Assembly (NCBI GenBank): GCA_964057225.1
Contig: OZ059894.1
Span: 17,360,001 to 17,424,000, forward strand
DNA: 64,000 bases
Direction: 5' to 3'
From: Auanema rhodensis
Lineage: Eukaryota > Animalia > Nematoda
A program made the position numbers and the translations under genes. Under the pieces are notes generated by a model. The model was given only the letters and a program-made list of their open reading frames with translations, made no database searches and was not told the DNA's origin. Shown here piece by piece: positions 40,166-55,163 of the stretch (position 1 is its first letter; each line of letters starts with the position of its first letter).

Positions 40166-41650
40166 ATGGGCTGTGGTAAATCGAAAGTAGAAGACACAGA
40201 TACTCCTGAAAAGATAAATGTTGAAAAAATTGAAGAAATCGCACCAAAAAAATCAAATTTGAAAGTACGTTTTGGAACTGGAAAAATTAAAGAAAAGAAA
40301 ACATATTTGTATTTATATATTTTTCAGATATCAACACCCGAAAATAATAATGATAGCAGTCCAAATTTAAATAATAATAATAATAATATTGAAGAGGCAG
40401 ATTCTTATTCAAATATTCGGCTACTTCTTTTAGGTAATTCTTTCATTTGTAATATCATGACATTCGTTTATTCGTGATTATAGGAGCGGCTGAATCTGGA
40501 AAAACAACATTATTGGAACAGATTCGCTTATTATATCAGCAGAACTATTCTGAAACGGAATTATTTCATAGAAAATCATTTACATATAATAATATTATGC
40601 AATCTATAAGAAATTTAATTCGATTGGTACAATCATCTCAGGGTCAATTTCATGATCCAGAAAATAAGGTTTTTTTATAAAATTAATATATTTTTGATAT
40701 TTTGTTTAGATTTTTGCTGATTTAATTTTGGAAGAAGATGAATGTCAATATGGCTGTTTTCGTCCAGATATATCAAATGCAATAGCTAGTGTTTGGAATG
40801 ATAAAACGGTTCAAGATTTATATAAATCAAGAAGTAGCATAAATCTCAATGATTCCGCTAAATAGTAAGCAATTCCGTTCAAGAGTCGTTTGTTCTTCAA
40901 TCAGCATTTTACTAGTTTTCTGGACAGTCTCGATCGAATTAATAAATTTGATTATAAACCAACACCTCAGGATTTGATAATGATTTATGTTCCAACAATT
41001 GGTGTGCAAAATGTCGTTTTTCATACGAATAAGAAATCATTTCAGTCTGTTTTTACTATAATGAGAAGATTTATATTAAGAATATTTTAGATTATTTGAT
41101 ATAGGAGGCCAAAAAATTGATCGAAGAAAATGGGCAACAATGTATGATGGAATTGATGCTATATTCTTCTGTTTAGCTGTATCTGAATATGATCAAATGA
41201 TGACAGAAGATATGAACACGGTAATAAACAAATTTATTATTATTTTCTTAATTTATAAATTTTTAATTTTTTCAGAATAGATTAGCAGATGGTTTGAATT
41301 TATTAAAGAAAATAAGCGAAGAAAAGAAATTTGAAAATATTCCATTATTTCTATTCTTGAATGAAATAGATGTCTTTTTAGAGAAACTTCCTATTTTTCC
41401 ACTTAGTAACTACCAATCAGCATATCAAGGTTGGAATTATAAGACTTTTAATAATAATTTTATAAATTTAATTCACTTTCTAGGTAAATCTGACAACGAC
41501 GCTTTAAATTTCATGGAACAATTAGCTCGAACAGCAGTAAGTTCCAGAGATCCTTCATTACTCTACGTATATAGAACAACTTGTATCGATACTAAGTCAA
41601 TGTCAAAAGTTCTTGAAGATGCTTTCTCGAATATCTTAAAAGGAAAATAA
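40166..41650 (+). CDS. Divergent heterotrimeric G-protein alpha subunit (gpa family)
   Basis: MGCGKSK acylation motif, RLLLLGAAESGKTT, YKPTPQD, FDIGGQKIDRRKW, AVSEYDQ, FLFLNEID, TCIDT. Confidence 0.92.
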
Positions 41651-41891
41651 GAATATTTCATTTTAGATTCAATTTTTTTAATTTTGTGATGTATCCTTTA
41701 AGTCATTTTAGCTTATTATTTCAAAGTGTTTGAGTTTTACATCTCAATTTTAATTTTTTAAAATTGATAATATTTTCTTGTCAAACATTTTATTAGTTAT
41801 TACTATATCGTATTCTTTCACTTTTTCATCTTAAGCTATTAAAATGACTAGAATTAGAAGAATAAATAAAATAAAATAATTTAATTATTTT

Positions 41892-44305
41892 CTATAATTC
41901 TGTGTTTATTTGAATGAGAGATTTACGACAAGCTGGAACGGATGGAGGACAAAATAAAGTTGGCATCTTCATAGCTCCCGCGGCCTTTCTTCTAAAAAAA
42001 AAGGAAAAAAATTAAAAATTAAAAAATTAATTATATAACTAACCTTTTTTCATTATTATGTACCCAATCAGAACTTTTACTTATCCAAAATTCATCAACA
42101 GTATTTTCATTTTTATCAATAGAAATTTGCTCAACATGAATGTGTGTACGATTAGCAACAGTCATAATGGAATAACCATAATCATTGTTTCTGAAAATAT
42201 AAAATCATAGACCTATACATGAATATACATATATATTTAAAATTAATTGTTTTCGTTCAATATACATATTGTTTATGAAAAAATAATTTTTGATTTTTAA
42301 ATAAAAATCAAGAAAGATAGAACTGTTAATCTACCTGGCTGCACTCCAAGGCCATGGAGCTCCAAATGTAGCATTCGGAGAATGACAACCCTGTAAAGCC
42401 AATAATCAGTTTTTTATAATTGTAATATAATTTTTATTTATATATCATTTATTTCTTTATATGGTGTTGTTTAATATAAACTACTTACAGCACTTCCAGT
42501 GAGCACATAGACTGGTGCAGGAGAATTGTTCAAGTATTGACTCTAAATAAGTTTCTTTTATCTATTTATACACAATGTTTTTTTTTACTCCAGCCCAATA
42601 TTTTCTATTAGCAATTGGCCAATTACGCTCATAGGCATGTTCGTGTCCCCAAAATCCGAGATCAACACCGTATTTCAGGTATAACTGTTCTAATCCAGGC
42701 ATATCAAGCCATCCTTCACGAATCTAAAAATAAGCGTGAAGATTCTGTGAAAAAACGTTTTTTTTGTTAATTATGACGTTTTCACAGCGAAATTTCTATA
42801 GAAAGGTCACAGAAAACTGGAAGTGATGCCATTAAGGATCATGCAGAACAAGGAATATCATCATTAAAATTCACGTAACTAATATTGACATGTAAGTCTT
42901 TCTGATTCAATTTTGACAAAACTTTAAAAAAAAAAAATAAATTCTCAGGTAATCTGTATATTCAAAATCATAATAATCATAACAAACCAATCTATTTTCA
43001 AAGCTTTTACATTCAGCAGAATTATCGTTGCTGCAATAAAATGGACGATGCTGGAAAATAACAACCCACGGTGTGTACTTGCGATTGGCATTAGCTTTCT
43101 GAATTTTTTGAAGTATATGTATATACTTCTGGTTTTAATATTATTTTACCTTTAGTTCTTTATCTAACCAATTATATTGAGTTAAGACAGGCTCCATTCC
43201 ATAATAATTGTAAGATCCATAGTTCTCAGTACTGACACCAACGTATTGAATTGGTCCAATACGGAAACTGAATAACCAGATTATCTTTAATAACTTTTTC
43301 TGTTTTTTTTTAATTGTTTTTTTTGAACTAAAAGTAATTTCCTTCACACCTATAGAATTGATTATCTCCGTAGCCATTACTGGGCATCCAAAAACGTTCA
43401 CGGTAATGAGAAAAGTTTAATTTATCATCTTCATGATTACCAGCAATAACCATATATGGCATCTGAATGTATGATCTTATGATTACAGATCAAATTACAG
43501 ACTATATAATAGCTCTCAGACATTGTTTACTTACAGTGGAGATTAAAGGTTCTAGTTGATTCATATAATCATCACCGTTTTTTCCCTTATCAGTATGCAG
43601 ATCATACGAAATATCACCTTAGAAAAGATTAAGTATTGCAATTCTTTTGAAAAAATATGAAAGAGATGATGCAATGATCACTTACCAACATGGATTATGA
43701 AATCGAATTTTCCAGCTAAACCATTACGAATAATACTTTGTGTTGAATTTCCATGGAAAAATCCTAAATCTCCAAAAACACAAACCTGAAAATGCAATAT
43801 TGAACATGTAAAGAACAGAAAAAACAAAACAAAATACCCTGTAGCTTGCTGGATTCATTGCTAATGTTTTGAAAGAGAATGAACGATCACCAATCTTATA
43901 CCCTAAAATAAAATTGTAATCAATGATAAAAATATGTTATAACTTACAATATTTAGTTGAAGGTTTTAAATTTACCATTAAAGCTCGATGAACATATCTT
44001 GTTACTCCTTCATAAACCCATTTCTAGAAACAAAATTATCTTTGTGAAAGAAAATGATTTGATACTCACCTTGTTGGTTCCTTCACTCATTTTCATGTCA
44101 GAGTTTTGACCATAATAAACTATTGTTGTATCTTAGAAAGAATACAATATACATGCATAGCTCAAACAAAAATCTTGCCTTTCTCCATTGTTATCCAACT
44201 TACTCCCATCATGCTGTAATTTCCTTGGAATGAGAGATGCACTTGCTCCGGTGCAGCTTGAACTGCGATAGCACATGCCAAAACACATAGTGCCAGCCGC
44301 AACAT
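41892..44305 (-). CDS. Purple acid phosphatase (ACP7-type), secreted
   Basis: Signal peptide, PEQVHLS and all five metal-binding motifs: GDLG, GDISY, GNHE, QHRP, GHEH. Confidence 0.93.
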
Positions 44306-46809
44306 TCTGAATTTGAGAAGAAATAAACATAAAACAAGAAAACCAAAAAGAAAAATCAAAGAAATCTTTAAAAAATTTGAAACTTTGAAATAAGAAATAG
44401 TATTGACTGAACAGTCTAGTACAATATAAATTGATTTGATCGCACTGAGCTTTAAACTCTTAATCATGATGTAAATCGGCTTAATTTAGTAGGAATAGAA
44501 ATGATCATCTGCCTGTTCATTCCTAAGAAGTATTGAATGAACATATATAAACTTATATTAATGTATAAACAAAGAAATAATAGAGAATAAGTTCTTTATA
44601 TTTGTATAACTTGATGATCAGTTCAACTAAAAAAAAAGAAAAGAAAAAAAATTGAAAAACAGAATATTGAATTGTCGGATATCTTTGTAAAGTTAAAATA
44701 TATAAGAAACTTGTCTCAGAATCGTGCAGATGCACTTACAAAGGACAATGAAGTTACATATGGTTTCAGCTGTAACGCTCGAAGATAGTTTAGCTTATCT
44801 GCAACTTTCAACAATAAATGCTGAAATTGGAGGTCAAGTTATATCAAATGATGATTCACCACCTGGAGTAATATTGTCACGAAAGTTGATAACAAGTTCA
44901 TATTTCATGTATTGTATGAATGTCAAATATTTATATAATTCGACCTAAATCTGATTGATATTCTATTTTAACATTTAAAACTTTGTAATTTATCATTTCT
45001 CTTACTTTTCTGACAGAAAAAAGTTTAATTTGAGAACGATAGTGTAGGTAAAAGTGACTGCCAATACTGAGTAAGCATCAAAAAACTTCAACATGAACAA
45101 TCTCTCAGAGTAGATTACTCTGTATTTTCTACCTTTTTTTTGTCTAAATTAATGACAATGTTAGACTGAACTCAAAAAATCTTATTCAAGAAAAAGGAAA
45201 AAAAAGTTTGCTAATCGTTCATTGACATCATCGATGTTATGTCTCCAGTATCTCAAAAAATCTCGATGATTCATTATAGCTCCGTTCATTATTCCGACAC
45301 GGTCTTTATTATTTCTCTATTCATCAAATTCTTGTCTTTAAAATGTGAAAAATTAAATTGCTTTCTTTACTTAACTGTTTTGCAGATATAGAATCTATTG
45401 AAATCTCCCAAACCTTCTGAATCCTCAGGTCAGCTGCAAATACTCTGTGGGCGGAGCCTAACCATATAGGACCAAATGGTTTTCATTTCTCATATTTGTC
45501 GTCTTTGCCTCCCAGTCCTCCTCATGCATACATCCATAGAAAGATTTTGTGCTATATTTTTTTTAATTCTAGTATTAGCTAAAACGGAAAGGGTTAGTTT
45601 ATTGTTTTTTTAATTAATTTTTAATTTACAATTTTAATTCTTTTATTTTATTTTTTTATTTTAATATTCTTTAACTACTTTGATATCTTTATTTTAAAAG
45701 ATTTTATTTCTTACAATTTTGTTCATTTTTTCTATTTAATTCTCCAAAAACCTCTTGAAAATTCTACAGTACTCTATAACCAAGAGGAAATCTGTGACTC
45801 AACTTCAAAAGCATTTCTTAGGCTTAACATGAAAATAACTTCAAATCGGATAAAAGTTTTTTGCACATCAATACGTGGTCATATATCTTGAAATTCTAAA
45901 AATTATAAATAAATTACACAATTGCCTCAAAATGATTTGAAAAAAACATTTCTACACAATTAATATTCACACATGTATATTTATTTCTTTTAAAACTAAT
46001 TAAATCGTATTTAAACGTTTAATTTAGCACTATGAGGAAATTCTGCAGAAAAACATTTAGTATTTTGATTAGAAAAGGAGAAATGAAACAATAGATGTTG
46101 AACGATGAAGAGGAACACTTTCACCCCACATTGTCACTCATCTCTTGTTGCTATCGTATCATCACATTTGGTCTTGCAATTGATTGAAACTAATAAAGAA
46201 AAAAGAAAACTTCAAAGGATTGAGATTGAAAGAACTTGATCACCTCATTAAAGCTTTGTTTTCGCCAGACAAAACGTCTGATATTCAGAGCGGCATAGAA
46301 TTTTGTCCCTATTCGGTCAGAAATTCTTCCGACACCTGTTGAACCAGATGTTAACGAATACAAACTAACATTGAGTCTGATTTGAGTCAAAAACTTTTTA
46401 GCCTTTGGATATACCAGCTGTAGAAAGTTGAGTTGATTCATAGTAGTTTCGATTGCGAACTGTGAAATACTTGGATTGAAGTTGTTGACACTAGAATTAG
46501 AAGCTATACAACTGTTCTTCCAGCAAAAAAATTGAATGATTTTCTTTTTCTCATTGAAATTCATTGAAAACAGTAGATTTTCATCCTCATTACTTATGCC
46601 AAGTATCTCTTAGTTCTGGTTAAATTGTTCCGAAAATTTTAAGATATAACCCCAAAGCGCCAATCAAAGCCATCTTGGTACAAGGTGTTAAGTGGCAACA
46701 CTCTGATATATCTGTTTCCGACATTCTATTAATGCTTACGGCATTATCTCAAAAGCATAATAACCTTATTCCTCTTCATGACTATGTCGATATTAATACC
46801 TTCAACTAT

Positions 46810-49800
46810 ATGTATATAGTTAAGGTTTATATGGCATTGTTTATCTTATTCACGGTTTAGATAACATAAGATTTCCGTCCTTCAGAAGACAATACGCTTG
46901 CGCAATAGTTTGTCATGTAGTCCATGTTATTCCGACAAAATCTAAATGTACTTACATTGTCATCTCCATTTCCTTTATAGTTACTTAAGTAATTGAATAC
47001 AACTAAAAAGGGAACAGTATTCTAGAATATTATATATAAATTAAATAAATCTATTGATTATAATTATATTTCAGGTAGTACCTGTGACTCATGTAGCTAC
47101 ATTTGAAATACAAAATTTAACTATCAAATGGTCAAATCATGAATGTTCGGACGCTGTCGAAGGTTATTTCATCTATATTTTCACCAATAATACCATTATT
47201 TCAGATTGCGTATATAAACTTCGAATATGCGGGGGAGTAAGCTTTCGAAAAGCTCCAATGAATAGAAATTGCCCATATCTATATCAGACATATGATATAT
47301 CGTCCAATACATATCCGAATTCTTTAACTATTCCTATACGCATACGTTGGCCGGAAGTAAGCTTTATTCATTGTTTTAGAAATAGAAAATCATAAATTTT
47401 ATCGTAAATGGGTCATCATCTGCCACCAGTAATAGCAGTCTCATTTCGGTGAAAGGGACTGAATGCCATCATAATTCTCAATACAGTAGTGTACAGGCTC
47501 TATGTTTTGAAAATATTTCAGACAATTTCCAATAATTTTGCAAAAAAATTGGTAATCTATGATTTTAGTTTTATTTTTAGAGAACATTCAGATATGTTCA
47601 TATAAAAAGTGAAAAATGTTCGAAAATTAGTTAGCGTTCTATTAACATCTGTTTTGGCGCCGTTTTATTCATTTCAATATTTCTTTTAGATTTCAGTGGT
47701 CTCAGTGTATTTTCAAATATAGTTTTCATAATGAAAAGAAGAAAGAGACCTACTGATTTTATGCCTTTTTGATTTTTGCTTACATTTCTTCTTTGCATTA
47801 TTGAAGTTATGCGGTACTTTTCTTTCAAGTATTCTCCTTTAATCCTACTTTTCTCACTTTTAAATATTTGTAGGCAAATACTATATCAAAGTATGGGAGA
47901 TAGAGAACGAATGAAAGTTATTAACTGTTCTACGTTGTAAACAACGTAATGGACATTCAATCAAATTAAGAGATTGTAATCAGCATGATATATTCAGCTG
48001 TTGACCTACAACTTGAGCAGCTTGAACTAACGCCAGTTCATGTACTCAACACTTCTTAATGGCTCGCAGCTGTGATTGAACTCTGCGGGTTACGCAATTT
48101 TGTCAGAAAATTGTCAAAATTCGACTCGTAAATTTGGGATTAATAAGCCAATGATCAAGTCATCGAATGAGGATAGCGATTACTATATGGCGGTTGAGAT
48201 TTGATGGAAAAGAGATGAGGAGACAGGGATCGAAAATAGTTGATGAAGAGGAAATGGATGACAGTTGATGTCTTTGAAATTCAACCAGAAATGACCTTCC
48301 ATGATACATTTACTGAGAATGTCTGCCGGAATCTGACGAAATCATAATGATGAATTGAGCATGAAAGAAAGAAATATCGTCATCTGAGATAATGAAGATG
48401 TTCTATTCATAGCTATAGGAGATTTGTCTATATTTAGCAAATAAATTTCATTCATATTCCATTATGTCAGAATATATTTTGAAAATGAGATGAAGATTAA
48501 TTATGAAAATAAAAATATATTATTCAAATCATTCTTAATATTGAACAAATAAAAATTAATTTTTTTTTTCAAATTATGAAGATATATTATAATGATTTTC
48601 TGTTTCAGACACCTTGGCATCTTACAATTAGTATTTTGAGGAATTATCATGATATTCTATTTGAATCATCTGCTTTTTATGAAAAACATACAGCATCTAA
48701 TGATTGGGAAATTGTGAATTTGGTATTTTTATAATTTTTAATTCTTAATTGCTTTATATGAATTATAGAAAACATCGACTACTGATATCAAATTCAATTT
48801 CAAAATCGAATGTCAACCTTTCATGTTTGGACCTTCTTGTGCAACATACTGTAATGACAAACAGCCAGAGTAAGCTAATACAGTATTCAAACAAATATAT
48901 TTTAATACTCTTTTACAGTCCTTTAGGTGGCCACTTCAAATGCTCCTCTTTAGGGGATCGTTTATGTGCTCCGAATTGGACAGGCTTAGGCTGTAATGAA
49001 CCTATCTGTTATCAGAAATGTGTAGAAGGACAAGGCAATTGTACACTACCAAACGTTTGCAGGTAATTCTTTTAAAAATGAAATAATTGTCGTTTTGAAC
49101 GACATATAGTTAAAGTAATAGTTTATACATGTATTGTACTTTAACTTTATTCAATCATGATAAACATGATCTAAAATAAAAAGAGAATAGAAAACGACAA
49201 TTTTGTGAATTCACTCTATTCCGAGGAAAAAAATATTGACTTGAACAAAAAAAAAGAAAAAATGACCAGACTTTGTACTTTCTAAGTAAAATTTGGATTG
49301 TCTACTATTTCTAAAATGAATCAATTTAGATAATAAATTCTATTGTTTCCTTGTTTATCGAAAAATATTTTTGAAACTTCCTCTACGCTTTTCGTCTTTG
49401 ATATTGAGAGATCGAATTGTTTTGTATCATCATGTGCTACCTACAACATTATCCGGAAAGAGAATTTTTCAAAATTCATAGAAAAACATTCGAAATCTCT
49501 GTTTAAATCTGTTTTTGGAGTGTAAAACTTTAATTTGAAAAACGAAAGATCATACAGATGATAGTGGCTTCAAGTAGGAAACTGAATTTTTTTTCGAATT
49601 TTCTATTCAAAGATGATTTTAGCAGATTAACTAATGATTCATATGAATAGTTCATCATAACCACATCCGTTTGCACTTTTCAATAAAACAAAAAATCTCA
49701 ATTACATGATGTATAGAATATTTGAAAAAGAAAGTATTTGGAAATCTAATTGATGAAGAAATTTAGAAAAAGATTGAAGTCAACTGTTTTCCTAATTTTT

Positions 49801-50867
49801 TTTAATTTTTATAGTTGTAACCGTGGTTGGAAAGGAGCCTCATGTGATCAATGTGTGCCGCTCCGAGGCTGTCAACATGGGTACTGTAACCGACCCGGAG
49901 AATGCATATGCCATGAACATTGGACAGGACCAGCTTGCAACATGTAAGTCATTATATCTTATCTTTTCATTTTTACTTGTTTGGAAATGAAGGAAGCAAC
50001 TGAACAAATCTTTCGAGAACTATAAGGAAAAACTTAGTTTTATCAATTTTCAGCGAAGTTGATTACTGTAGAAGACATGCTGGAATATGTTTAAATGGTG
50101 GAACATGCTCATCCGCAGGAATGGAAAATGGATATTACTGCAACTGTACAACTGAATTTGAAGGACAAAACTGCGAAATTCCGGTAAAACAATTGATTTT
50201 TCTGTTTGTTTTTTTAACAAAAAAGTCTTGTTTTTCAGAGAGATCCATGCAGCAGTATCGATTGTGGTAAAGGATTATGTGTTAATGAAGATGGTCATCC
50301 ACGATGTTATTGTCCACCTGGAACATTCTGTACAGATTTAGATAAAACAGGAGATTTAGAAAGCAATTACATGCAAACATCAGGTGTGGACATATATTTA
50401 AGTGAAACATAAAGATGAATTTAATTCTTTTTTAGCTGCTGAATTCATTTGGTCACATACATTTTCATCTATTTTATCCTTACTTTGTCTTGTATTTGGT
50501 TTAATAAGTTTATTGGCTGGCTTTTATTATCTTCACAGAAAGGTGAATTTTTTTAGTTTCCCTTTTTAATTTTTACATTTTTGCAGAAATTGGCGCAGTC
50601 TGATAGCAGCATAGAAAGTATTGGCAGCATAGAATCAAGCTTTTCAAAGGAAAAGAGAACAGCATTGTGCGGTATGCCCTTCTTCTTCTTTTTTTCTTTC
50701 ATCAGCATCTTTTCTCTTCTACAAAGCATTAGTTTTTTCTATTTCTTTCAGATGATTTGATGGAACCGCCCCCAAGCTACAGTCTACTGGATGTATCAGA
50801 GAAATCTCCATCACCACGAATATCAAGAGAATCCAGAAAATTTATATTTTCATCAACAACAGTGTAA
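46810..50867 (+). CDS. apx-1: DSL-family Notch ligand (APX-1/Delta-like): C2-like domain, DSL, 4 EGF repeats, TM, PPxY, PDZ-binding end
   Basis: DSL domain [18 protein letters not shown]...[22 protein letters not shown], four EGF repeats, [25 protein letters not shown], tail ...EPPPSY...SSTTV*. Start codon (46810 or 46831) and orthology are tentative. Confidence 0.88.
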
Positions 50868-53800
50868 ATTTTTATTAGAAGAATTCAATGCTGACATAAT
50901 TTTAGTTTTATTCCAAATTTTTTAAAAAATAATTTTTAAACTACCTCAAGCATATCTTGTCTAGCTTAGAGAATATAATTTGTAAAAATCAACGAAAGAG
51001 CTTATTTACTATATAATATTCCTCTTTTTCTTATTAAAAAGCATAATTTCTTATTGTTATTGTATTGTTTTTTTTTAATTTAAGTCAAATATTTCAACGA
51101 TTTAATGGGTTAATGTACCTTAATCAACGGGTTTTTTTCAATACGTTAATTTAAACGATATCTACTCAGTGTTTTTGAAATATTTACTGTTAATTATTTA
51201 TTGTATAATTTGATTTTTGTACAAAAAATACAATATTGTTTCATAAAACTAAAAATAAATTTGAAATTTGGCTTGTTTCTTACAATTCATAGAATAACAT
51301 TTTTCATGGAATTCATTATATTGACAATAGAAGACGTCAAGAGAAAAAAGACATTAAAGGAAAAAACAATAAATTATCGAATTAAATGTCCTGAGGGAAA
51401 ATAAAGTTGTAAGATGAAAAATTCTTTGAATTTCACCGAAATGAGGTAATACAGTTGATATTTGTGTTCCGACAAAGAAACATTGCGGTAACATAGACAT
51501 AATTGCAATTTTGAAGTACAAATGTCTCAATTTCAATTATATGATAAAGCATTATGAATAAACAGAAAAAAAGCTGATATAATCATTAATACATTAATTA
51601 ATATACATATAATTATATTATCAGACTTACATTTTATGGCTAATATGTACAATAAAAATTAGAGAGATTTTGGGAAGGAGGTGGGTTATTAGATGCTCAC
51701 CTGTTGCCAGATTTTTCTAATTTTGATGTGTTTATGATGAGATTGATTAATAAATAAGACCTATTACATGTCATAATAGCGATAATATGATGATTAATGA
51801 CAAATTCATCAAAACAGCTGGCATTTACAAGAAAATATTCACAAAAAAATGAAACAAATTGTTGATCTGAAGACATGCTCTATAAGGTTTTCTTCAGAAC
51901 ATTATATATTCTCAAACATGATTGCGTCATACTATTGTTCTTTAACATGTTAATATTGAATAATTAGTTCAAAGAATTGTGAAAATATTTTTATATAATA
52001 TATAATTAGTAAAAATTTATATTCAATTATATTTAACGGCTATATGATCCTAATAAAATACTATTCAATTCACATAAACGATAGGTCAACCCAACATACA
52101 TGCTGAGTGAAAAAATATCTGAAAAGAATAAATCTGACGATTCATATATCATATAATTTAAAGAAGAGAAAAGTTCTACTTAATTCTCTCGGTATTTCAG
52201 TATATCAATATCAATTGTCTAATATAATATAACAATTATAAATTTGTTTATTACATGAGGAAGTGTCTCATTATGCGATTTAGTGCTAACAAGGCTTCTG
52301 AAAAGTGAAAAGCTTCCTAGCGGTTTCTTTGATGAAGCAATAGGAGATGTCAGGCCAATCGGAAGCCTTTGAAGAAGCTGAGTAGAAAAATACGATGTGC
52401 AATCGCACATGGATACAGTTGCTTCTGACCTTAGATAGAGATTGTATTGCAGTTGTTTCTATGAACAAGCTAAGTGAAGATGAGAGAGAAAGAGATGAAG
52501 AAAATATCATCAGATACTATTGTACATATGTATATTTCTTCTTTTTATTTACTTAGATGTTTATTCAATAATAGTTGCAACTGTCAGCTGGTAAGTCGGC
52601 TTCTTTATAATAATGACGAACTAAAAAAGGAAATATTAGACATTACATATGGAAAAAAGGCGAATTGTGATAACTACAATGATGATCCTCACGAGTAATT
52701 CAATTTTTTTGATAAACAAACAAATTACATAGAAAAACATCTAAAATCTAAGTTTTCAGACAATTCTTCTCATATATTTCAGTAACTATCTTACAATATT
52801 CCACCCCATTAAGCATATACATCCACCTCTTTCGGAAATTGGAGTCACCTTCAGAAAAAAATTTTACCGCAAAAGGCTAACAATTGGCTTGGACACCACA
52901 CATGAAAAAATATTAGAAAAACATTTAAACCGAAAGGATTTCTTGTCATACTACTCAACGCCTTATTGTCCTTGTCGATTTCTTTAGTTATTTTTTGTTG
53001 AAATTAGAAAGAAAATCATGTTCATCATTTCTCAAACTTTTAAAGCTTAACATTAACATATAACAAAGTATGCTGATACGAAGTTAGTTAACAAGTTGGC
53101 GGGTGGATGAAGGAATTTACAATTTTCCAGCTGACCTATAATCTTTGAGTAATGTGCGTGATGAGACTCCAACAATACTTATGATCTCATAAAACTCTTC
53201 TAAAGTAACTCTCATGATCGTCTTTGTCTTCTCTCATCCAAATCAACATAATCTCTTATTGTTCTTTTATATTCTTCTGATTCTACAACATATCTGACCG
53301 ACAGCTTCTATACCTATGTGCTCTAGTAGCGGCAATTGCATAATCAAGTGCCTCTCCAAATGGCGCAACTTGTAGACTGTGTCGGATATGTTCAAAGCAT
53401 GGAAGCCAATTAACCTGAAGCAATATACGGTATATGACCCTCAAAGCTTGCTCTAGGTGGTAAATGATCGGACCAAAAGAATCAATTACGGAAACTAAAA
53501 TGAAAGGAATAGATTAAGATTTAGAGGATTACGGTCAGTATGTGATAGCTGTCAGAAAGCTATTTAGGTAATGCTTAGTCATCACATAGTATCATTGACA
53601 TGAAAAGAAATTCTGAGAAGTGGTTGATTGACATAAAAAACTGAAAATTTCAAAGAAAGTTTAAGAAATATAGGACATTTCATTTTGATAATTTTGAAAT
53701 AGTTTTATCTAAAAGACGGACATTCCTCATTATTCATTCAAAACATTTGATTGGCATATTTTAGATTACTCATCAACAGTTATTCGTGTTCGACATATAA

Positions 53801-54629
53801 TATCTGAGAATATGACGAAATAATGAAATATCCTAAGTGAAGAAATTTTAAAAATATATACTTTTATAGTAAAAAAAACTTCAAAATAACCAAACTATTC
53901 TATATAATAACTAACTCAAAAATGAAATATCATCTAATGAGGCTTATACAACAAGTATAGAGTGAAAAGATTTGTAGGTCAAATTGTTATTTAATACAAC
54001 TCATAAATCCATTATCTTCCTCATATCGTCATATCAAATTTCATTAAGACAGTTGTTTTTTGGATAAAATTAACTATGATTTATTAAAATATTAATAGTT
54101 AGTATATTATAATAAAGATTGTAACAGTTATTCAAATATAGTTTTTCTTAAAATAAAGTTTGTTCATGGTCAACATTTACCTCATTTCTTTCATTTTTAT
54201 GGTAAATACAAGGTGTTCTCCTCTATCTTAATCCTAAAAAGATCTACTCATGAGATTAGACGACGTCTAGCTGTGCTTATTCAAGCAATAGACTCTGACA
54301 GAGTACGGTAATGAGTCAACAACCGGATGCAGGTGGCTGGCAATTAGTAGAGAAAACACTGAACCATTGAATCTTCCATTATTTCATAACAAGCTCATTC
54401 TAAATTAGCTTCTCCATTTCCTTTACCACCAATTCCTTAAATTAACTAAAATCTCGCTCATACGTGATGGAACACGTGGAATAGTTCTTCTCAAGAATCT
54501 CAAAATCCTACTTGAGATCATCTAAGTATGAATGGTAATTAATCCAACAAATTATTGAGTTTAATAGAATCTTAAAGATTAGTTTAAGACGTAATGAAGA
54601 AGCATAAGAGGATGTAGATAGGAGATGAT

Positions 54630-54690
54630 GAGAGCGAGAGAGGGAGAGATAGAGATAGAGAGAGATAGAGAGAGAAAGAGAGAGAGAGAA
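54630..54690. repeat. Imperfect (GA)n/GAGATA microsatellite
   Basis: GAGAGCGAGAGAGGGAGAGATAGAGATAGAGAGAGATAGAG..., about 650 nt upstream of the BH3-only gene. Confidence 0.85.
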
Positions 54691-55163
54691 GGAGTACAGT
54701 AGTTGAATATTTTCACTTTTTTCTTTTATTTTTCATATTCTTATATATTCTTATTCAATTTATTTTCAATAATAATGATTATAGCATTTTAGTTAAATTG
54801 ATTCAAAAGGTGAAATTATTTTCTTTTTTCCTTACCATATGGCAATTTTATAGTTTGTTTCGAGCTTCTTACTAAACTACTTCCAATAAATATGTATTAT
54901 ATATAATGATAGAAAGAATAGTAAAAGAGATACAAAAGTATTTGGAATTGTATGAGAATTTGAATATATATGGAAACGTTAACGACTGTGACATCTCAAT
55001 GGACGAAATCTTTTCAAGTATTTGTCAGTCTCATTATGAAGACAATTCAATGTATCTCCTTATAAGCTCTTAACAGATACTTTCTCATCAAATTCTTTTG
55101 TTTTTCCACAATAATGCTCTGACTGTGCCATGACATCCGGCTTATTGTTTCGTAGGCATCCGA

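Noticed and set aside
46190-46564. 124-aa ORF on - upstream of the DSL gene
   Set aside because: No motifs or exon structure; probably UTR or regulatory DNA.
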